Origin: Lachnospiraceae bacterium
Lineage (GTDB): Bacteria; Bacillota; Clostridia; Lachnospirales; Lachnospiraceae
NCBI GenBank assembly: GCA_017935565.1
Contig: JAGBHK010000021.1
Span: forward strand, 39,681 to 103,680
Direction of reading: 5' to 3'
DNA: 64,000 nt
Shown here: positions 47,426 through 57,208 of the stretch, piece after piece
Layout of the letters: the number at the start of each line of letters is the position of its first letter
Position numbering within the stretch: position 1 is the first letter of the stretch
Translations under genes and position numbers: made by a program
The notes under the pieces: model-generated
What the model saw: only the letters and a program-made list of their open reading frames with translations
Database searches by the model: none
What the model was told of the DNA's origin: nothing

Positions 47426-47472
47426 TTTTTGCTATATAAGGAAGTTCGAAGAACTTTCTTATATAGCAAAAA
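47426..47472. repeat. 47-nt near-perfect palindrome (22-bp arms, 3-nt centre, one mismatch)
   Basis: tttttgctatataaggaagttc gaa gaactttcttatatagcaaaaa. The T tract is 5' and the A tract 3', so it lacks terminator geometry on either strand. Confidence 0.7.
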
Positions 47473-47495
47473 GAGGTAGCAATAATGCCACCTCT
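47468..47495 (-). terminator. Terminator of the beta-helix protein gene
   Basis: Minus strand: agaggtggca-ttat-tgctacctct (10 bp, including one G-U pair) followed by TTTTGC. Confidence 0.6.
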
Positions 47496-47503
47496 ATAAA
47501 AAA

Positions 47504-49408
47504 CTATCTAAAACCGCCAGGACGACCGCCGCCCATGCCGCCGTTGCCACCAGGACCCATTCCGCCAGGTCCACCCATGCCACCGGTATTTCCAACAGTA
47601 GTACATACTGAACTTATCTTAAATTCCTCGTATTTTTCCCCATCCACATATATTGTGTATGTTTCACCAGTTAAAAGGTCTGGATTAGAAAATACTACAT
47701 TCGAGAAAGTCTTTTTACCTTCAACTTCAAGAACAATATCTCCTTTTGAATTCTTTACAGTTACAACATTGCCACTTCCGTAAGATGTACTAAATCCAAT
47801 CATTACAGAGTTTTGTTTTGAAGCATTTCCTGGCATTTGAGCCATACCAGAGCTACCTATGCCTACAAAACTACCGCCATTTTGTGTCCATGAATTCTGA
47901 TAATCAAGTGTTCCGTTACCATCATTTGTAGGACCGTAAACAATAACTTTACCGCCGTCAAAAACAACTGTTCCGTTTGAATCTACTCCATCTCCACCAG
48001 CATCCATTGTTAGTGTTCCTCCTGTAAATTCAATAGCGCCTGATGATCCTGAAAATCCGCCCATTCCAGGTCTTCCCATAGCAGAACCATCATTTCCACC
48101 TGCCGCATTTAATCCATCATCACTTGCAACTACATTTATATTTCCACCACAAATATATATATTAGTTGCCTCAATACCTTCGTAGCTCTTTTGGATGTCT
48201 ATTGTACCATCATTTATTGTAAGATTTGTATCAGCATGCATACCATCATCTCCTGATAAAACCTTAAACTCACCTTTGTTAATTACGACATCTACATTTG
48301 CATGGATTGCGTCATCTTCTGAATCAATGTCAAATGTACCGCCATTTATATTAACACTTCCAGTTGCTTTAATAGCCTTTTTACTTACAGTATCAGAAGT
48401 TGTATTACTGTTATCCTGCCACTGTCCAGGACGTCCCCATTCTTCATTTTTAGAACTTGAAACCTTACTTCCTTCACCTGTTACTATAGTAAATGTACCA
48501 TCTGTAATTTCAATATCTGTGGCTGCCTGCATTGCATCTTCGCCTGATGTAATATTAAGCACGCCACTTTCAATATAAATATATCCTTTTTCAGGGTCTG
48601 TTTCATTATCTGCTTTAAGACCATCACCCGATGATGTAACATTTATATTTGCTCCAGTAACAGCAATGGAATCCTTACCCTTAATACCATTGTTAATTGC
48701 TGTAACAATAATATCTCCACCTGTAATTTTAAGATCATCTTTTGAAGTAATACCATTATTGAAATTACCATTTACAACAAGTTTGCCTGTTCCTGCAATA
48801 ACCAAATCATCCTTTGAAAAGATTGCTGAATTTGGTTCCTCATTTGTTTCATCATCATAAACATATTCACTACCATCTGTTATAGTGTTTTCAGTGCCAT
48901 CAGCAAGATTTATAATAACTTTGTCTGCACTTTTTACATAAACACCACAACTATCTTCATTTGAGATAGTAACACCTGCAAAAATCAATGTTACATCCGC
49001 TTTGCTGTCTGCGTCCACAACAATTCTACCGTCATCTAAATTTCCTTTAACAATGTATTCGCCAGCCGCACTAATAATAACATCTGTACCGCTAACACTT
49101 ATATTATCACCTTTATACGAAACCGATGCGCCATCTAACATTATGGTATTTCCACCATTTTCAATATCTTCATCTGTCAAAATGATAGTCTCTAACTCTT
49201 CATCTTTGAATTCGACCTCATTTGATAAATTCGTGCTATTCTCGTTATTCTTTGGTTCACCATTACTGCCATCAGCATTCCCTAAGCCTTGATAAGAATT
49301 ATCCTTCTTAAATACTGTAAGCATTAAAACCACGATTATTACAGCAACCGCAGCAATGCTTCCTGCAATAATCAATATTTTCTTTTTGTTTTTTACTTTA
49401 CCAACCAT
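47504..49408 (-). CDS. Membrane-anchored carbohydrate-binding beta-helix protein (Cthe_2159-like family) with Gly/Met/Pro-rich C-terminal tail
   Basis: Start taken at ATG 49408 (GGAGG upstream); the ORF-track start at 49441 is TTG without an SD. N-terminal TM. Repeated ...DGL/DAIH...I.GG....... beta-helix-like units (ITGGDIIVTAINNGIKGKDSI, INGGTFDIDSEDDAIHA). Tail is GNTGGMGGPGGMGPGGNGGMGGGRPGGFR. Confidence 0.7.
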   Translation of the reverse strand: MVGKVKNKKKILIIAGSIAAVAVIIVVLMLTVFKKDNSYQGLGNADGSNGEPKNNENSTNLSNEVEFKDEELETIILTDEDIENGGNTIMLDGASVSYKGDNISVSGTDVIISAAGEYIVKGNLDDGRIVVDADSKADVTLIFAGVTISNEDSCGVYVKSADKVIINLADGTENTITDGSEYVYDDETNEEPNSAIFSKDDLVIAGTGKLVVNGNFNNGITSKDDLKITGGDIIVTAINNGIKGKDSIAVTGANINVTSSGDGLKADNETDPEKGYIYIESGVLNITSGEDAMQAATDIEITDGTFTIVTGEGSKVSSSKNEEWGRPGQWQDNSNTTSDTVSKKAIKATGSVNINGGTFDIDSEDDAIHANVDVVINKGEFKVLSGDDGMHADTNLTINDGTIDIQKSYEGIEATNIYICGGNINVVASDDGLNAAGGNDGSAMGRPGMGGFSGSSGAIEFTGGTLTMDAGGDGVDSNGTVVFDGGKVIVYGPTNDGNGTLDYQNSWTQNGGSFVGIGSSGMAQMPGNASKQNSVMIGFSTSYGSGNVVTVKNSKGDIVLEVEGKKTFSNVVFSNPDLLTGETYTIYVDGEKYEEFKISSVCTTVGNTGGMGGPGGMGPGGNGGMGGGRPGGFR

Positions 49409-49547
49409 AGTGCCTCCATCTATTATATTATTTTCAACCAATATCTATTTTATATACTTTCAATGTGTTTGTTTTGTGAAAGACTTTAAAAAAATAAATG
49501 TTTGTAATATAATAAGATTGTTAAAATTAGAGATCAAGGAGAAACAT

Positions 49548-50753
49548 ATGACAATTACAGCTATTATTGCAGAGTATAATCCATTTCATTTGGGTCATAA
49601 ATATCATATCGAACAGGCAAAAAAACTCACAAATGCCGATATAATTCTTGTAATAATGAGCGGTAATTATGTCCAGCGCGGTGAACCAGCTATCTTTGAC
49701 AAACATTTAAGAAGTCATATTTCAACTAATTGTGGTGCAGATATTGTTATTGAATTGCCTTATCCATATTCATGCGCCAGTGCGGAATATTTCGCTGATT
49801 CTGCTGTTTCAATTTTAAATAAATTAGGATGTATTGACTACCTTTGCTTTGGTAGCGAATGCGATGACATTGATGCTTTATATAAAATCGCTGATATTCT
49901 CACAAACGAAACTGCCAGGTACAAGGATGCATTAAAAGAACATTTAAAATCCGGCTTATCTTATGCCAAAGCTAGACATTTAGCATTAATGAGCGAGTTA
50001 AATGATGATAAATACAATGCTATTCTATCGTCGCCAAATAATATCCTCGGCATCGAATATATAAAAAGTATCAAAAAACTTAATAGTAATATTAAGCCTA
50101 TTTCAATAAAAAGAATTGAAAGCTCGTATCATCATGAAAAGGGAAATAATCCATTATATTCTGCTTCTAGTATAAGAGAAGAATATTTAAATTCTAGTTT
50201 TAATAACGATGATTTAAGTACTATTAGTGATGAATACAATAATAATGAACTCTACCCTGTATTTTTGGATGATTATAGCAAACTTCTTTTATATAAATTG
50301 ATTGAATATAGAAATAACCCTTTAGATATATTTGATATTTCTTCAGATTTATCTGATAGAATCATTAATAATGTCGATAATTTTACAACTTTCACCGAAT
50401 TTATTAAAATTATCAAAAGCAAAAACACTAATTATTCATCTATATCTAGAGCTTTAATGAATATTATTTTAAGTCAAACAAAGGAATCTATTAGTCAATA
50501 CAAGGAACATGGGTATTGTGATTTTGCCAGAGTTTTAGCCATAAACAAAAATGGTAAAAAAATATTCAAATATATAAATAAAGATTTTAAATTATTAACT
50601 AAAATGTCAAAGGCTGAAAATGAATTAAATTCTTTGCCTGAATACAATATGGAACTTTATAAAAAATCTTTATATGCAGATGATTTATATCGAATGATTG
50701 TGAAAGATAAATATAATGTTATGCTGCCTAATGAATTTCAGAGAAAGTTATAA
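49548..50753 (+). CDS. tmcAL: tRNA(Met) cytidine acetate ligase (YlbM/TmcAL, UPF0348 nucleotidyltransferase)
   Basis: Start at 49548 (AAGGAG at 49536-41). MTITAIIAEYNPFHLGHKYHIEQAK is the HxGH nucleotidyltransferase N-terminus typical of YlbM. Confidence 0.85.
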   Translation: MTITAIIAEYNPFHLGHKYHIEQAKKLTNADIILVIMSGNYVQRGEPAIFDKHLRSHISTNCGADIVIELPYPYSCASAEYFADSAVSILNKLGCIDYLCFGSECDDIDALYKIADILTNETARYKDALKEHLKSGLSYAKARHLALMSELNDDKYNAILSSPNNILGIEYIKSIKKLNSNIKPISIKRIESSYHHEKGNNPLYSASSIREEYLNSSFNNDDLSTISDEYNNNELYPVFLDDYSKLLLYKLIEYRNNPLDIFDISSDLSDRIINNVDNFTTFTEFIKIIKSKNTNYSSISRALMNIILSQTKESISQYKEHGYCDFARVLAINKNGKKIFKYINKDFKLLTKMSKAENELNSLPEYNMELYKKSLYADDLYRMIVKDKYNVMLPNEFQRKL

Positions 50754-50975
50754 CGCGCGTTGTGCGTATAGACTACTCCACGCGTAGGTCGCCAAATGCC
50801 GAAAAGATGAGCTTTTTAGAAACAAAAAAGGACCCAGAACTCTTTATTCGAATATCGCGCGTCGCTCGGCTTCGCCTACTCCACGCGACATTCGCAAAAT
50901 GCCGTCTTATATGACGGCATTTTCAGAAAGAAACAAAAACGCAGAACTCCTTGCTAGCAAAGTTCTGCGTTTTAA
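50754..50975. repeat. Two diverged tandem copies (~102-103 bp period) of a GC-rich structured unit
   Basis: CGCGCGT at 50754 and 50856. CTACTCCACGCG at 50773 and 50876. TCGC[CA]AAATGCCG and AGAAACAAAAA..AGAACTC also recur in the same order. Hairpins are intact only in copy 2 (50896-50923, 50939-50970). Confidence 0.55.
50939..50973. terminator. Bidirectional terminator between tmcAL and the UPF0210 gene
   Basis: acgcagaact/agttctgcgt stem with an inner ttgc/gcaa stem. T-rich on the plus side (TTTAATTT) and on the minus side (TTTTTGTTTC). Confidence 0.7.
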
Positions 50976-50987
50976 TTTCTTTCTATA

Positions 50988-51013
50988 AATCGCCTATCGG
51001 CGCTTGGCTCATT
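50988..51013 (-). repeat. 26-nt 3'-UTR motif AATGAGCCAAGCGCC-GAT-AGGCGATT (copy 2)
   Basis: The reverse complement of 50988-51013 matches 8831-8856 at 23 of 26 positions. Begins 9 nt after the stop of the UPF0210 gene, in sense orientation. Confidence 0.6.
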
Positions 51014-51021
51014 GTTTCGCG

Positions 51022-52386
51022 CTAGTTTTTAAAGCTATGGATTGGGGCTGGGATTCGGCCACCTCTATTTACAAATGCTTCACAAGAGAACTTGTTTACT
51101 GGCATTACAGGAGCATATCCAAGTAATCCACCAAATTCAACTGTTTCACCAACACCTTTTCCAATTACAGGTATAATTCTTACTGCTGTTGTCTTCTGAT
51201 TAATCATACCAATCGCAGCTTCATCTGCAATAATACCAGAAATTGTTGTAGCAGGTGTATCTCCAGGAATTGCAATCATATCAAGACCTACTGAACAAAC
51301 GCATGTCATAGCTTCTAGTTTTTCCAATGTAAGAGCTCCATTTACAACTGCATCGATCATTCCCTGATCTTCGCTTACCGGAATGAATGCACCACTTAAA
51401 CCTCCAACGTACGATGACGCCATAACGCCACCCTTCTTAACCTGATCATTTAAAAGAGCTAATGCTGCTGTAGTACCAGGAGCACCAACTGATTCAAGTC
51501 CAATCTCTTCAAGAATTTCAGCAACACTATCACCAACTGCTGGTGTTGGAGCAAGTGATAAATCGATGATACCAAAAGGCACACCAAGTCTCTTAGATGC
51601 TTCCTGAGCAACTAACTGTCCAACTCTTGTAACCTTAAAAGCTGTCTTTTTGATTGTTTCGCAAAGAACCTCGAAGTTCTCGCCACGAACCTTTTCAAGA
51701 GCTTTCTTAACTACACCAGGACCACTTACACCGACATTAATAATAGCATCGGCTTCTGTAACTCCATGGAATGCACCTGCCATAAATGGATTGTCATCTG
51801 GTGCATTACAGAAAATAACAAGTTTTGCGCATCCTAAAGAATCATTTTCCTTTGTGTATTCAGCTGCTTCAACAACTACTTCACCCATAAGTTTGATAGC
51901 ATCCATATTTAAACCAGTTTTTGTAGAACCTACATTTACAGAACTACACACTCTTTCTGTGCACGCAAGAGCTTCAGGTATAGAACGAATAAGCAATTCC
52001 TCTGCCGGTGTCATACCTTTTGATACAAGTGCAGAATAACCACCAATAAAGTTTACTCCGACTTCCTTTGCAACCTTATCTAAAGTCTTTGCAATTGTTA
52101 CAAAATCTTCTTTAGTTTTGCAGGCAGCACCGCCAACAAGACCTATTGGAGTAACCGAAATTCTTTTATTTACAATGGGAATACCTATTTCTCTTTCTAT
52201 CTGATTACCTGTAGACACGAGGTCTTTAGCTAATGTTGTAATCTTCTTATAAATCTTTTCATTTAAAGCATCTAAATCTGAATCAATACAATCAAGAAGA
52301 CTGATACCCATAGTTATTGTTCTAACGTCAAGATTCATCTGCTCAACCATTTTATTGGTTTCATTTACTTCAAAAATATTAATCAT
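51022..52386 (-). CDS. UPF0210 (DUF711, PFL-like) protein
   Basis: 454 aa. Its size and pairing with an upstream small ACT-domain protein are characteristic of the UPF0210/UPF0237 pair. [15 protein letters not shown]-terminal pattern. Confidence 0.85.
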   Translation of the reverse strand: MINIFEVNETNKMVEQMNLDVRTITMGISLLDCIDSDLDALNEKIYKKITTLAKDLVSTGNQIEREIGIPIVNKRISVTPIGLVGGAACKTKEDFVTIAKTLDKVAKEVGVNFIGGYSALVSKGMTPAEELLIRSIPEALACTERVCSSVNVGSTKTGLNMDAIKLMGEVVVEAAEYTKENDSLGCAKLVIFCNAPDDNPFMAGAFHGVTEADAIINVGVSGPGVVKKALEKVRGENFEVLCETIKKTAFKVTRVGQLVAQEASKRLGVPFGIIDLSLAPTPAVGDSVAEILEEIGLESVGAPGTTAALALLNDQVKKGGVMASSYVGGLSGAFIPVSEDQGMIDAVVNGALTLEKLEAMTCVCSVGLDMIAIPGDTPATTISGIIADEAAIGMINQKTTAVRIIPVIGKGVGETVEFGGLLGYAPVMPVNKFSCEAFVNRGGRIPAPIHSFKN

Positions 52387-52404
52387 ATCAATGTACCTCT
52401 CTGA

Positions 52405-52677
52405 CTATATTCTATGCATAATATTGAAGATATCTTCTGACTGCATCTTAATCTGAACACCGATACTCTTACCTAAATCTTCAAGTTCATCAGCAAGCTG
52501 ACTAAACTCTTTTGCTGAATTGTTCGCATCAACAATCATCATCATATTAAAATAATCCTGAACGATTGTCTGTGAAATATCTAAAATATTAACATTATTG
52601 TCCGCAAGATATGTACAAACCTTTGCAATAATACCAACTGTATCCTTACCTACTACTGTAATAACTGTCTTTTTCAT
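52405..52677 (-). CDS. ACT domain-containing protein (UPF0237)
   Basis: Start at MKKTVITVVGKDTVGIIAKV (GGAGG upstream). ~90 aa with an ACT fold pattern. Confidence 0.85.
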   Translation of the reverse strand: MKKTVITVVGKDTVGIIAKVCTYLADNNVNILDISQTIVQDYFNMMMIVDANNSAKEFSQLADELEDLGKSIGVQIKMQSEDIFNIMHRI

Positions 52678-52763
52678 ATAAACCTCCATTTGTAATAAAT
52701 AACCTCAAAGGTCACTTCATTATAAAATAAATAAACTTAATTTTCAATATCAAATATAAAATA

Positions 52764-53561
52764 TTAGAATTCAATGCATTCCGACGGCTTATCTCTATGT
52801 GCTACGCTTATATCAAAATCATCAGCATTATGTGCACTTTCACTTAAATTTATTTCAGCTCGCACTGATTCATACGCCAAATCAGGAAAATTATTTTCCT
52901 TACTTAAATGCCCAAGAAATATTTTTTTAGTTTTGTCGCATAACAATGAATCTATCAATCTTCCAGACATTTCATTGCACAAATGACCATGGTCACTTAA
53001 TATTCTTTGTTTTAAATAATATGGATAAGGTCCTGTCTGCAGCATTCTTATATCATGGTTTGCTTCAAGCAACATCACATCTGTATCTGTAAGATTATTA
53101 ACAATATAATCATTGTAGCAACCCATATCTGTAGCCACAGCACATGACTTTTCATTGCTATTTACTTTATATGCACAAGGCATTGTTGCATCATGTGATA
53201 TTTCGAAAGGATTTACCGTTAATGTATTAATTTTAAATTTTTTATCAATATAAATCTCTCGAAACAAATTCATATCAACTTTATCGACGTATTTACTGTA
53301 TTTTACAGCATCAATTGTTCCTGCTGAACCATATACAGGAATATCATATTTTCTTAAAATGACTCCCAATCCCATAATATGGTCCGAATGCTCATGTGTT
53401 AATAAAATCCCATCAATATCCATCAAGGAAAGGCCTATTGAATTTAAGCCTTCCTCAACTCTTTTCTTGCTAATACCCGTGTCTATGAGAAGATGTGTCT
53501 TTTCATCTCCAATATATATACAGTTTCCGCTGCTTCCACTAGCAATACTTAAAAATCTCAT
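52764..53561 (-). CDS. MBL-fold metallo-hydrolase (YycJ-like)
   Basis: 265 aa. The THEHSDH motif. Confidence 0.85.
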   Translation of the reverse strand: MRFLSIASGSSGNCIYIGDEKTHLLIDTGISKKRVEEGLNSIGLSLMDIDGILLTHEHSDHIMGLGVILRKYDIPVYGSAGTIDAVKYSKYVDKVDMNLFREIYIDKKFKINTLTVNPFEISHDATMPCAYKVNSNEKSCAVATDMGCYNDYIVNNLTDTDVMLLEANHDIRMLQTGPYPYYLKQRILSDHGHLCNEMSGRLIDSLLCDKTKKIFLGHLSKENNFPDLAYESVRAEINLSESAHNADDFDISVAHRDKPSECIEF

Positions 53562-53580
53562 TATTTTTTCCTCGTGTATC

Positions 53581-55062
53581 TTATATTTCTTCTAAAATCT
53601 TTAATAAGAATTTATATGTCAATTCTGTCGAACTAATTGACAATCTTTCTTCAGTTGTATGAATATCATACATTACAGGTCCAAATGAAACAATATCAAG
53701 TTCAGGTTTTTTCTTTACAAGGTAACCACATTCAAGTCCTGCATGAATAACATCTACCTTTAAATCTCTATCAAATTCTTTTTTATAAATACCTGTTAAT
53801 AACTTCTGTAAATATGAATCTCTCTTAAATTCCCATTCTGGATAATCTGATAAAATCGTTGCTTCACCATTGCATAACTCAATTAATCTTACAATTCTAT
53901 TTTTAAGCCACTCTTTTCTTGAAGCTACAACACTTCTTATTGTTGTAACTGTTCTAAAGCAATCTTCTTCAGTTGTTGTTATACCAAGGTTTAATGATGT
54001 TTCTACAAGTCCATTCATTCCATAACACATATTTATCGGGCCGTTTGGTGTTGCATAAAGAAACTCTAAAATGCACGCCTGGCTTTCATGGCTCCAAACA
54101 TTTTCATCTTCTACATAACCGTTATTTGTGATTGAAATGAATACGCCTTCATCTGAAGCCAAATACTCATTTTTTAAGATTTTATTTAATTCATTAATTG
54201 CATCTTCTATGTTAAAATCTGCTTCATCCATAAAAATCATTGACTCAGTATTTTTGTTTGCAAATACTATATTAGCAGTCGCCTCTCTTGTAATAGCATT
54301 GTCCTTGTTACCGCCAGCGAAATCTGTAATGCAAACTCTATCATTTTCATCAAATAATTCAGATAAAACTCTACCCAATATAATGTTGGCATTTCCTCTT
54401 TCTTTGTCAATTTCACTACCCGAATGACCACCTTTTAACCCAGAAACTGTGATTGTATATGATTTACCACTTATATTTGTTCTATGAATCCCAAATTCTC
54501 CATTAATACGAACACCACCTGCACAACCAGCCATAAGTGTATCTTCCATATCACAATCAAGATTAAGAAGATATTTACCCTCAAATTGGCTCATATCAAT
54601 AAACATGGCTCCATCCATACCCACTTCTTCATCCACAGTAAACAACACTTCCAACGCTGGATGAGGAATATCTTTTGAATCCAAAATAGCCAAAGCATAT
54701 GCAACTGCAATTCCGTTGTCAGCACCTAAAGTTGTTCTGTCGGCAGTTACATAATCCCCCTCAACCATAAGCTTTAAGCCATCTTTCATAAAATCATGTT
54801 CTAAATCATTTGTTTTTTCAGTAACCATATCAAGATGTCCCTGCAAAATCACAGTAGGACTTTCTTCCTTGCCATTAGTGGCATTCTTCTTAATAATTAC
54901 ATTATTAACTTCGTCTTGAACAACAAATAAACCTCTATCTTTTGCAAATTGTACGCAATAATCACTAATTGCCTTTGTATTTCCTGAACCTCTAGGAATT
55001 TTTGATATTTCTTCGAAATAATAGAACACCTTTTCAGGTTGTAAACCATCTAATACTCTCAT
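53581..55062 (-). CDS. pepD: Aminoacyl-histidine dipeptidase (M20C, PepD)
   Basis: 493 aa. GHLDMV, TLGADNGI, DEEVGMDGA. Confidence 0.9.
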   Translation of the reverse strand: MRVLDGLQPEKVFYYFEEISKIPRGSGNTKAISDYCVQFAKDRGLFVVQDEVNNVIIKKNATNGKEESPTVILQGHLDMVTEKTNDLEHDFMKDGLKLMVEGDYVTADRTTLGADNGIAVAYALAILDSKDIPHPALEVLFTVDEEVGMDGAMFIDMSQFEGKYLLNLDCDMEDTLMAGCAGGVRINGEFGIHRTNISGKSYTITVSGLKGGHSGSEIDKERGNANIILGRVLSELFDENDRVCITDFAGGNKDNAITREATANIVFANKNTESMIFMDEADFNIEDAINELNKILKNEYLASDEGVFISITNNGYVEDENVWSHESQACILEFLYATPNGPINMCYGMNGLVETSLNLGITTTEEDCFRTVTTIRSVVASRKEWLKNRIVRLIELCNGEATILSDYPEWEFKRDSYLQKLLTGIYKKEFDRDLKVDVIHAGLECGYLVKKKPELDIVSFGPVMYDIHTTEERLSISSTELTYKFLLKILEEI

Positions 55063-55112
55063 GTAATTTTTCTCCTTTACAATTCATAATATTTAAAAAA
55101 GGATATAAAAAA

Positions 55113-56042
55113 ATGTACATCCCTTTGATAATCTTTATAATAATGCTTTTCTTCCCAGGATTAACTAAATCCGGAGCATATATAGGTCTAAATCTTTGGT
55201 TTAACACCATAATTCCAACACTTTTACCATATATGATTATAAGCGGTATTGTGACACATTTTAACGCCTTTAATATTATTTCCAAAATCATATATCCAAT
55301 TACAAGACGATTATTTAAAATATCATTTAATGCAAATTATTGTATAATTGTTGGTTTTTTATGCGGTTTTCCAATGGGTAGCAAAGTAATCGCCGATATG
55401 TTAAGCAAGCAAAGAATTAGCATTGCTGAAGCTAATTATCTATTATGTTTTTGCAATAACATAAGTCCATCGTTTATCTTAAATTATGTTGTCGCTTCTA
55501 TTCTGTTAAACCAATACAAACTGAATGGACATATTATTTATACCATATTTATTATAATTTTTCTATCTCCAATTATATCAAGTTTTATATATAGATATTG
55601 TAATAAAAAAGATTTCTTAAATCTTGATACCAAATGTAATAATGTATATTCCTCATGTGATAAGAACTTTGGTATCATTGATAAATGTATATCCTCATCC
55701 TTTGAAAATATTTTTAGAATCGGAGGTTATATAATTATTTTTTCAGTTATTTCAAATTGGATAAATAACATTGATTACTTAAATAAAAATCTAACATTTA
55801 TTTTATCATCAATATTTGAAATCACATCTGGATTAAACACTTTACGATATACGTCCATAAGTAATATATATGGCTTAACTCTTGTTGTAGGATTATGTTC
55901 CTTTGGTGGAATTTGTTCGATTGCTCAAACGTATTCTATGGTAAAGGACAGTCCATTAGAAATAAAAAAATACATACGCTACAAACTAATCAACGCACTT
56001 ATCTCAATTATATTAACCATAACTACATTATCAAACCTATAA
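55113..56042 (+). CDS. ylbJ: Sporulation integral membrane protein YlbJ-like (nucleoside-recognition/Gate-domain type)
   Basis: Start at ATG 55113. Polytopic membrane protein with N-terminus GLNLWFNTIIPTLLPYMIISG, typical of YlbJ. Near coaD/rsmD, as in B. subtilis. Confidence 0.7.
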   Translation: MYIPLIIFIIMLFFPGLTKSGAYIGLNLWFNTIIPTLLPYMIISGIVTHFNAFNIISKIIYPITRRLFKISFNANYCIIVGFLCGFPMGSKVIADMLSKQRISIAEANYLLCFCNNISPSFILNYVVASILLNQYKLNGHIIYTIFIIIFLSPIISSFIYRYCNKKDFLNLDTKCNNVYSSCDKNFGIIDKCISSSFENIFRIGGYIIIFSVISNWINNIDYLNKNLTFILSSIFEITSGLNTLRYTSISNIYGLTLVVGLCSFGGICSIAQTYSMVKDSPLEIKKYIRYKLINALISIILTITTLSNL

Positions 56043-56051
56043 ATAAAGCAA

Positions 56052-56081
56052 AGGGCTAAATCACAACAATGTGTTAGCCCT
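56052..56081. terminator. Hairpin between convergent ylbJ and the 56089 gene
   Basis: agggctaa/ttagccct stem. T-rich on the minus side (TTGCTTTATTT) and weaker on the plus side. Confidence 0.5.
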
Positions 56082-56088
56082 CTTTAAA

Positions 56089-56697
56089 CTAGTCTAAAAA
56101 TTCTTCTACATCTTCAAACTCTTCTGTATTAAATTCTTCTTCAACAAATTCAGGTTCTTCTTCTTTAGGCTGAAGTTCCTTTCTATTAGCCACAACAACT
56201 TCAAGACTTGTATTTAAAGCTCTCATATAAGCTTCATGTCTTTCGCCTGCATTCTTTGCAGAATATGAAATAATATTTTCAAGGTTTGCTAAAATATCAT
56301 CTGTATACTGCATTGCACCCATTCTAATGTTGTTAGCATCAGTCGTAGCATTATCAATAATCATCTGAGCCTGGTTTGTAGCCTGCTGAACAATATCATT
56401 TGCCTGAATGTATGCCTGCTGCATAATTTCATGTTCACTGACAAGTTCTGTAGTTTGAGCAGCTGCTTCTGCAATCATAGCATCAGCCTTCTGCTTTGCA
56501 TCATTTAAGATCATCTCTCTATTATTGATAATTTTCTGGTACTTTTTAATCTCTTCTGGAATTTTCAATCTAAGTTCAGCTAATAATTCTTCTATAGTGT
56601 CCTTATTAACTATTAACTTTGTATTTGACAACGGCTGAAACTTACAACCATCTATATACTCTTCAATTTCTGTAATAATCTGCTCAATCTTACTCAT
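56089..56697 (-). CDS. Hypothetical coiled-coil protein with acidic C-terminus
   Basis: 202 aa. Gln/Ala-rich heptad-like middle. No TM segment and no catalytic motif. Confidence 0.7.
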   Translation of the reverse strand: MSKIEQIITEIEEYIDGCKFQPLSNTKLIVNKDTIEELLAELRLKIPEEIKKYQKIINNREMILNDAKQKADAMIAEAAAQTTELVSEHEIMQQAYIQANDIVQQATNQAQMIIDNATTDANNIRMGAMQYTDDILANLENIISYSAKNAGERHEAYMRALNTSLEVVVANRKELQPKEEEPEFVEEEFNTEEFEDVEEFLD

Positions 56698-56710
56698 AAC
56701 CTTATCCTCT

Positions 56711-57202
56711 CTATTTAATAATCATTTTCTCTTTTAATCTATCAACAACACACGCTGGTAAAAACTTTGATACATCCCCACCAAAATGTGCAATTTCCTT
56801 AACTGTAGTTGAACTTAAGAATGAATATTCAACGCTTGTTGTTAAAAACATAGTATCAATATCCTTGTTCAACATTCTATTAGTCTGAGCCATCTGTAAT
56901 TCATATTCAAAATCTGTAATAGCTCTTAAACCTCTTACAATAACTTGAACATCATTTTCTTTAGCAGCATCAACCAAAAGTCCGTCTGATGAAATAATCT
57001 TAACATTATCCAAATGTTTTGTTACCTCTTTCAACATTGTAACACGCTCGTCAACAGAAAACAATGGTGACTTTGTATTATTTCCCAAAACACCAACTAG
57101 TAATTCGTCGTATATTTTTGATGCTCTTTCAATTATATCCAAATGTCCTAAAGTAACCGGATCAAAACTTCCCGGATATATCGCTCTAATCACAACAATC
57201 AA
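56711..57202 (-). CDS. coaD: Phosphopantetheine adenylyltransferase
   Basis: 163 aa. The [18 protein letters not shown] motif. Confidence 0.95.
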   Translation of the reverse strand: MIVVIRAIYPGSFDPVTLGHLDIIERASKIYDELLVGVLGNNTKSPLFSVDERVTMLKEVTKHLDNVKIISSDGLLVDAAKENDVQVIVRGLRAITDFEYELQMAQTNRMLNKDIDTMFLTTSVEYSFLSSTTVKEIAHFGGDVSKFLPACVVDRLKEKMIIK

Positions 57203-57208
57203 ACCTTT

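Noticed and set aside
47275-47479. Mirror-image 64-aa and 66-aa Arg-rich ORFs on both strands across the GC-rich hairpin block upstream of pta.
   Set aside because: Both arise because palindromic CGC/GCG-rich DNA is open on both strands. Neither has an SD, and the region is better explained as structured non-coding repeats.
47286-47783. 165-aa plus-strand ORF with a proline-rich stretch (PPGRPPPMPPLPPGPIPPGPPMPP).
   Set aside because: The proline run is simply the antisense reading of the Gly/Met/Pro tail of the minus-strand beta-helix protein. The rest of the ORF crosses intergenic hairpins.
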